A DNA stretch of 64,000 bases from Anaerolineales bacterium (GTDB lineage Bacteria > Chloroflexota > Anaerolineae > Anaerolineales > UBA11579), in NCBI GenBank assembly GCA_035291465.1, contig DATDRZ010000048.1, positions 630 through 64,629 of the forward strand. Direction: 5' to 3'. Positions 61,241-64,000 of the stretch are shown here, in pieces. Positions within the stretch are counted from its first letter, which is position 1. The number at the start of each line of letters is the position of its first letter. The notes under the pieces are model-generated. The model was given only the letters and a program-made list of their open reading frames with translations. It was not told the origin of the DNA and did no database searches. The position numbers were made by a program, and so were the translations under genes.

Positions 61241-62010
61241 TTAATTCTCCACCAGGAAGTCTAGCACAAACTGATTGAACTCTTCGGGCTTTTCCATAGG
61301 CGGCAAGTGAGCGGGGCCGGTCATATCCACGCGTGTGAAGTTGGGGATTCCTTTTTCAAGTTGGTCAGCGATGTCGTGCATGCCTTGCAGGTCTTCATCG
61401 CCAAGGATCAACAGTGTTGGTGATTTGATGTCTCCCAAGCGCCGGCGGCCAAAGGTTTTGCATTGGCTCCCTCACCCACGCCGATTCCAAGGTCAATGGT
61501 ATGGCGGATCAATGCCACCGCTTGCTTGCGGAAAACGGGATCAATCTGTTCCGGCTTCCTTCTCGGACCATCAACCCACATCTGCGCGTTGAGTTCAGCC
61601 GCCAAGGCGTTATCACCGGTTTTTATGGCGGCTTCGTACTTCGCAGACAGCTCCTGGTCGAATTTGTCTTCTGGCTGACGGTACCCCGGCAGGCCAGGAG
61701 CAACCAGGGCGAGCTTGTCGACCATTGCCGGGAATGTCAGCGCGAACTCTATGGCAATGCGGCCGCCATTGGAGATGCCCAATACATGAGTTCGTTTGAT
61801 TTGCAAAAAGTCCAGCAATGTGTTCAGGTCGTCATAATCGGTGTACCTGCCGGCCGGGTCCGGCGTTTCGCCGAATCCGCGCACATCGTGGCGAATTACG
61901 CGGAAGTGCTTGGTGAGGGCTGGCATCTGGGCATCCCACATGTTCAAATTGGCAATGCCGGCGTGGATGAGCACCAGCGGATAGCCATCACCTTGCACGT
62001 CATAGTGCAT
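61241..62010 (-). pseudogene. alpha/beta hydrolase interrupted by a frameshift
   Basis: ORF 61408-62010 carries LVLIHAG...GISNGG (nucleophile elbow). ORF 61241-61438 carries the C-terminal SPTLLILGDED...GPAHLPPMEKPEEF. The frames change near 61440-61460. Confidence 0.75.
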
Positions 62011-62059
62011 CCTGACACCATTGGTGTTGGCGAATTTGTAGGAAATGGATATCCTCCGG

Positions 62060-64000
62060 CTAGACTTCGAACCCTGTCATCTCACCCCAATTTTTTCCAA
62101 CCTTCACTTCTGTCTGGAGTGGGACCTTTAGCTGGTAGGCAGTACTCATCTCCTGGCTGACGAGCCTGGCGGTCTTTTCCAATTCAGTCTCGGGAACCTC
62201 GAGCACCAGCTCATCGTGCACCTGCAGCAGCATCTGGCCATTCAGCTTTGCGTTCCGGAGCGCCGCGGCTATGCGCAACATAGCGACTTTCATAATATCG
62301 GCTGCAGAGCCCTGGATAGGGCTGTTGATGCATTCGCGCTCCAAGCGGGAGCGCAAAATATAGTTTGTACCATCCTTGAGGCCAGGGAAGTAGCGACGGC
62401 GACCGAGCAACGTCTCAACGTAACCCATTTTCCTGGCTTGCTGTTTTGTGTTTTCAATGTAAGCGCGGACGCCAGGGAATTGAGCAAAGTAAGCCTTGAC
62501 GAAATTTTCCGCCTCGGCCAGAGTTAAATCTGTGCCGCGACTAAGGCCGAAAGGGCTCATACCGTAGATCAGGCCGAAGTTCACAGCCTTGGCATTGCGG
62601 CGCTGCTCGCTGGTCACCTGGTTGAGCGGGATTCCCAAAATACTGGCTGCTGTGGTCGCGTGAATATCCTGGCCGTCGCGAAATGCCTGGAGCATGGCTT
62701 CATCGTTGGCAATGTGGGCCACGATGCGAAGTTCAACTTGGGAATAATCCACACCCAAAAGCATATGACCCGGTGAAGATGTGAAGGCCCGGCGCACCTT
62801 TCGTCCCAACTCAGTTCGGATGGGGATGTTTTGCAGGTTGGGTTCACTTGATGCAATCCGCCCGGTTACGGTGCCGGCCTGGTTGTATGAAGTATGCACG
62901 CGCCCGGTTTGCGGGTTCACATCGAGAGGCAGAGCATCGACGTAGGTGGATTTCAGTTTTGCGAGTTCGCGGTAGTCGAGTATCCATGCAACTACGGGAT
63001 GAGAATCGCGCATCGAATCGAGGATATCGGCGGCGGTCGAAAAAGAACCGCTGGCTGTCTTGCGCCTCAAACCGTCGGGTGGCGGGATCTTGAGGCGATC
63101 GAATAAGGCATGGGAAAGTTGCTGCGGTGAGTTGAGGTTGAATTCTTCGCCTACCTGCTGATACACCTGTTGAGCTATATTCGCCAGATCACGGTCCAAT
63201 TCCGCTGCCATCGCATGCAAGAACTCCGTGTCCAGTGAGATGCCGGTCATCTCCATTTTGGCGAGAACCGGCACCAGGGGCATTTCTATTTCGGTAAAGA
63301 CTTCGTCGGCTTTTTCTTCATGAATTCGCTCTTCGAGAATCGGCTTGAGCCGTAGCACCACTTCGGCATCGGCGGCGGCATAGGCGCCCGCTTTTTCAAT
63401 GGGTACCTGCGCCATAGTGAGCTGCTTGCGGCCCTTACCGAGCAGATCTTCGATTTCAATCATTTGCTGGTTCAGCCGCACCCAAACGAGGCCTTTGAGG
63501 CCCAAGTTGCGCGAAGAAGAATCCCCTACCCACTCGGCGATCATACTGTCAAAAGTCAATGGCGTCGTTTCCAAACCGTGGCGCGCCAGAACCACGTAAT
63601 CGAAGCTGAGGTTGTGGCCCAACTTGGGAATCTTGGGGTCTGTAAATGGCCCGCGCAACGCTTTGATCACATCGACCAGAGGCAGCTGGCGGCCATGCTT
63701 TGGATCGTGACCAACCGGAATGTAGTAAGCCTTGCCTGGCTCGATGGAAATCGAGATGCCCACAACCTCAGAGCGCATGTGGCTGGTGCCGGTCGTCTCT
63801 AGGTCGAACGAAATCTCCTCTGCCGCCGCTAGGCTTTCAGTCACGGCAGCTAAAGTTTGCAAAGTATCGACGATAGTCACATCGATGTCGATACCGGGCG
63901 GCGGTAATTGGTCGACACTTTCAACCGGGAAGAGGCCAAGTTGAGCGCCGGTGGAAGGTTCGTGCGCCACGCCGAGCAGGTCGATCACGGTGTAAAGTCG
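62060..64000 (-). CDS. polA: DNA polymerase I (3'-5' exonuclease + polymerase domains; N-terminus beyond the window)
   Basis: RRNAKAVNFGLIYGMS (motif B), LLQVHDELVLE (motif C). The frame is open to the window end. Confidence 0.93.
   Translation of the reverse strand, partial: RLYTVIDLLGVAHEPSTGAQLGLFPVESVDQLPPPGIDIDVTIVDTLQTLAAVTESLAAAEEISFDLETTGTSHMRSEVVGISISIEPGKAYYIPVGHDPKHGRQLPLVDVIKALRGPFTDPKIPKLGHNLSFDYVVLARHGLETTPLTFDSMIAEWVGDSSSRNLGLKGLVWVRLNQQMIEIEDLLGKGRKQLTMAQVPIEKAGAYAAADAEVVLRLKPILEERIHEEKADEVFTEIEMPLVPVLAKMEMTGISLDTEFLHAMAAELDRDLANIAQQVYQQVGEEFNLNSPQQLSHALFDRLKIPPPDGLRRKTASGSFSTAADILDSMRDSHPVVAWILDYRELAKLKSTYVDALPLDVNPQTGRVHTSYNQAGTVTGRIASSEPNLQNIPIRTELGRKVRRAFTSSPGHMLLGVDYSQVELRIVAHIANDEAMLQAFRDGQDIHATTAASILGIPLNQVTSEQRRNAKAVNFGLIYGMSPFGLSRGTDLTLAEAENFVKAYFAQFPGVRAYIENTKQQARKMGYVETLLGRRRYFPGLKDGTNYILRSRLERECINSPIQGSAADIMKVAMLRIAAALRNAKLNGQMLLQVHDELVLEVPETELEKTARLVSQEMSTAYQLKVPLQTEVKVGKNWGEMTGFEV

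Overview
This 64-kb window is a chromosomal segment with about 60 protein-coding genes, 4 tRNA genes (three tRNA-Ser, one tRNA-Arg), no rRNA, no CRISPR array and no recognisable transposase or phage gene. The gene content (LCP ligases, YabE-RsmA synteny, Rieske/fused cytochrome b operon, many secreted proteins with (Thr-Pro)n linkers, near-leaderless promoters) suggests a Chloroflexota/Anaerolineae-like organism. That placement is inference only; no search was run. Most of the window is housekeeping:
- surE, hutI, rsmA, murI, rplS, ilvE, folK/folP, nadE, rimI and polA;
- acyl-CoA carboxylase subunits;
- a Rieske/cyt b/cyt c respiratory operon.

The parts that deserve a second look are:
1. The cysM-mec-cysO-trx-moeZ sulfur-carrier operon (35.8-39.9 kb). 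Its CysO-like carrier is fused after the Gly-Gly to a membrane domain. Its roughly 200-nt leader carries a consensus promoter, a 14-codon sORF with two Cys codons, and mutually exclusive 1:2 / 2:3 / 3:4 pairings ending in a terminator. This looks like a cysteine-sensing attenuator.
2. A four-gene operon joining Roadblock/LC7 and V4R regulatory modules to a polyprenol-phosphate-mannose synthase and a GT-C membrane glycosyltransferase (14.7-17.6 kb).
3. An ECF sigma/anti-sigma pair followed by an 803-aa protein with about 12 Cys-bounded mini-loops separated by C-TPTPT linkers. The C-terminal domain of that protein is paralogous to the anti-sigma ectodomain (6.6-10.8 kb).
4. A class-A-PBP-like protein in which every catalytic motif I can read is substituted (53.9-56.2 kb).
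5. An AT-rich mini-island (3.0-4.0 kb) with duplicated double-hairpin elements, a perfect 30-bp x3 in-frame tandem repeat and a GGA-rich polypurine tract.
6. An uncharacterised three-gene operon behind a structured leader (41.4-43.9 kb).

All family calls are made by eye from motifs. No database search or folding computation was run.
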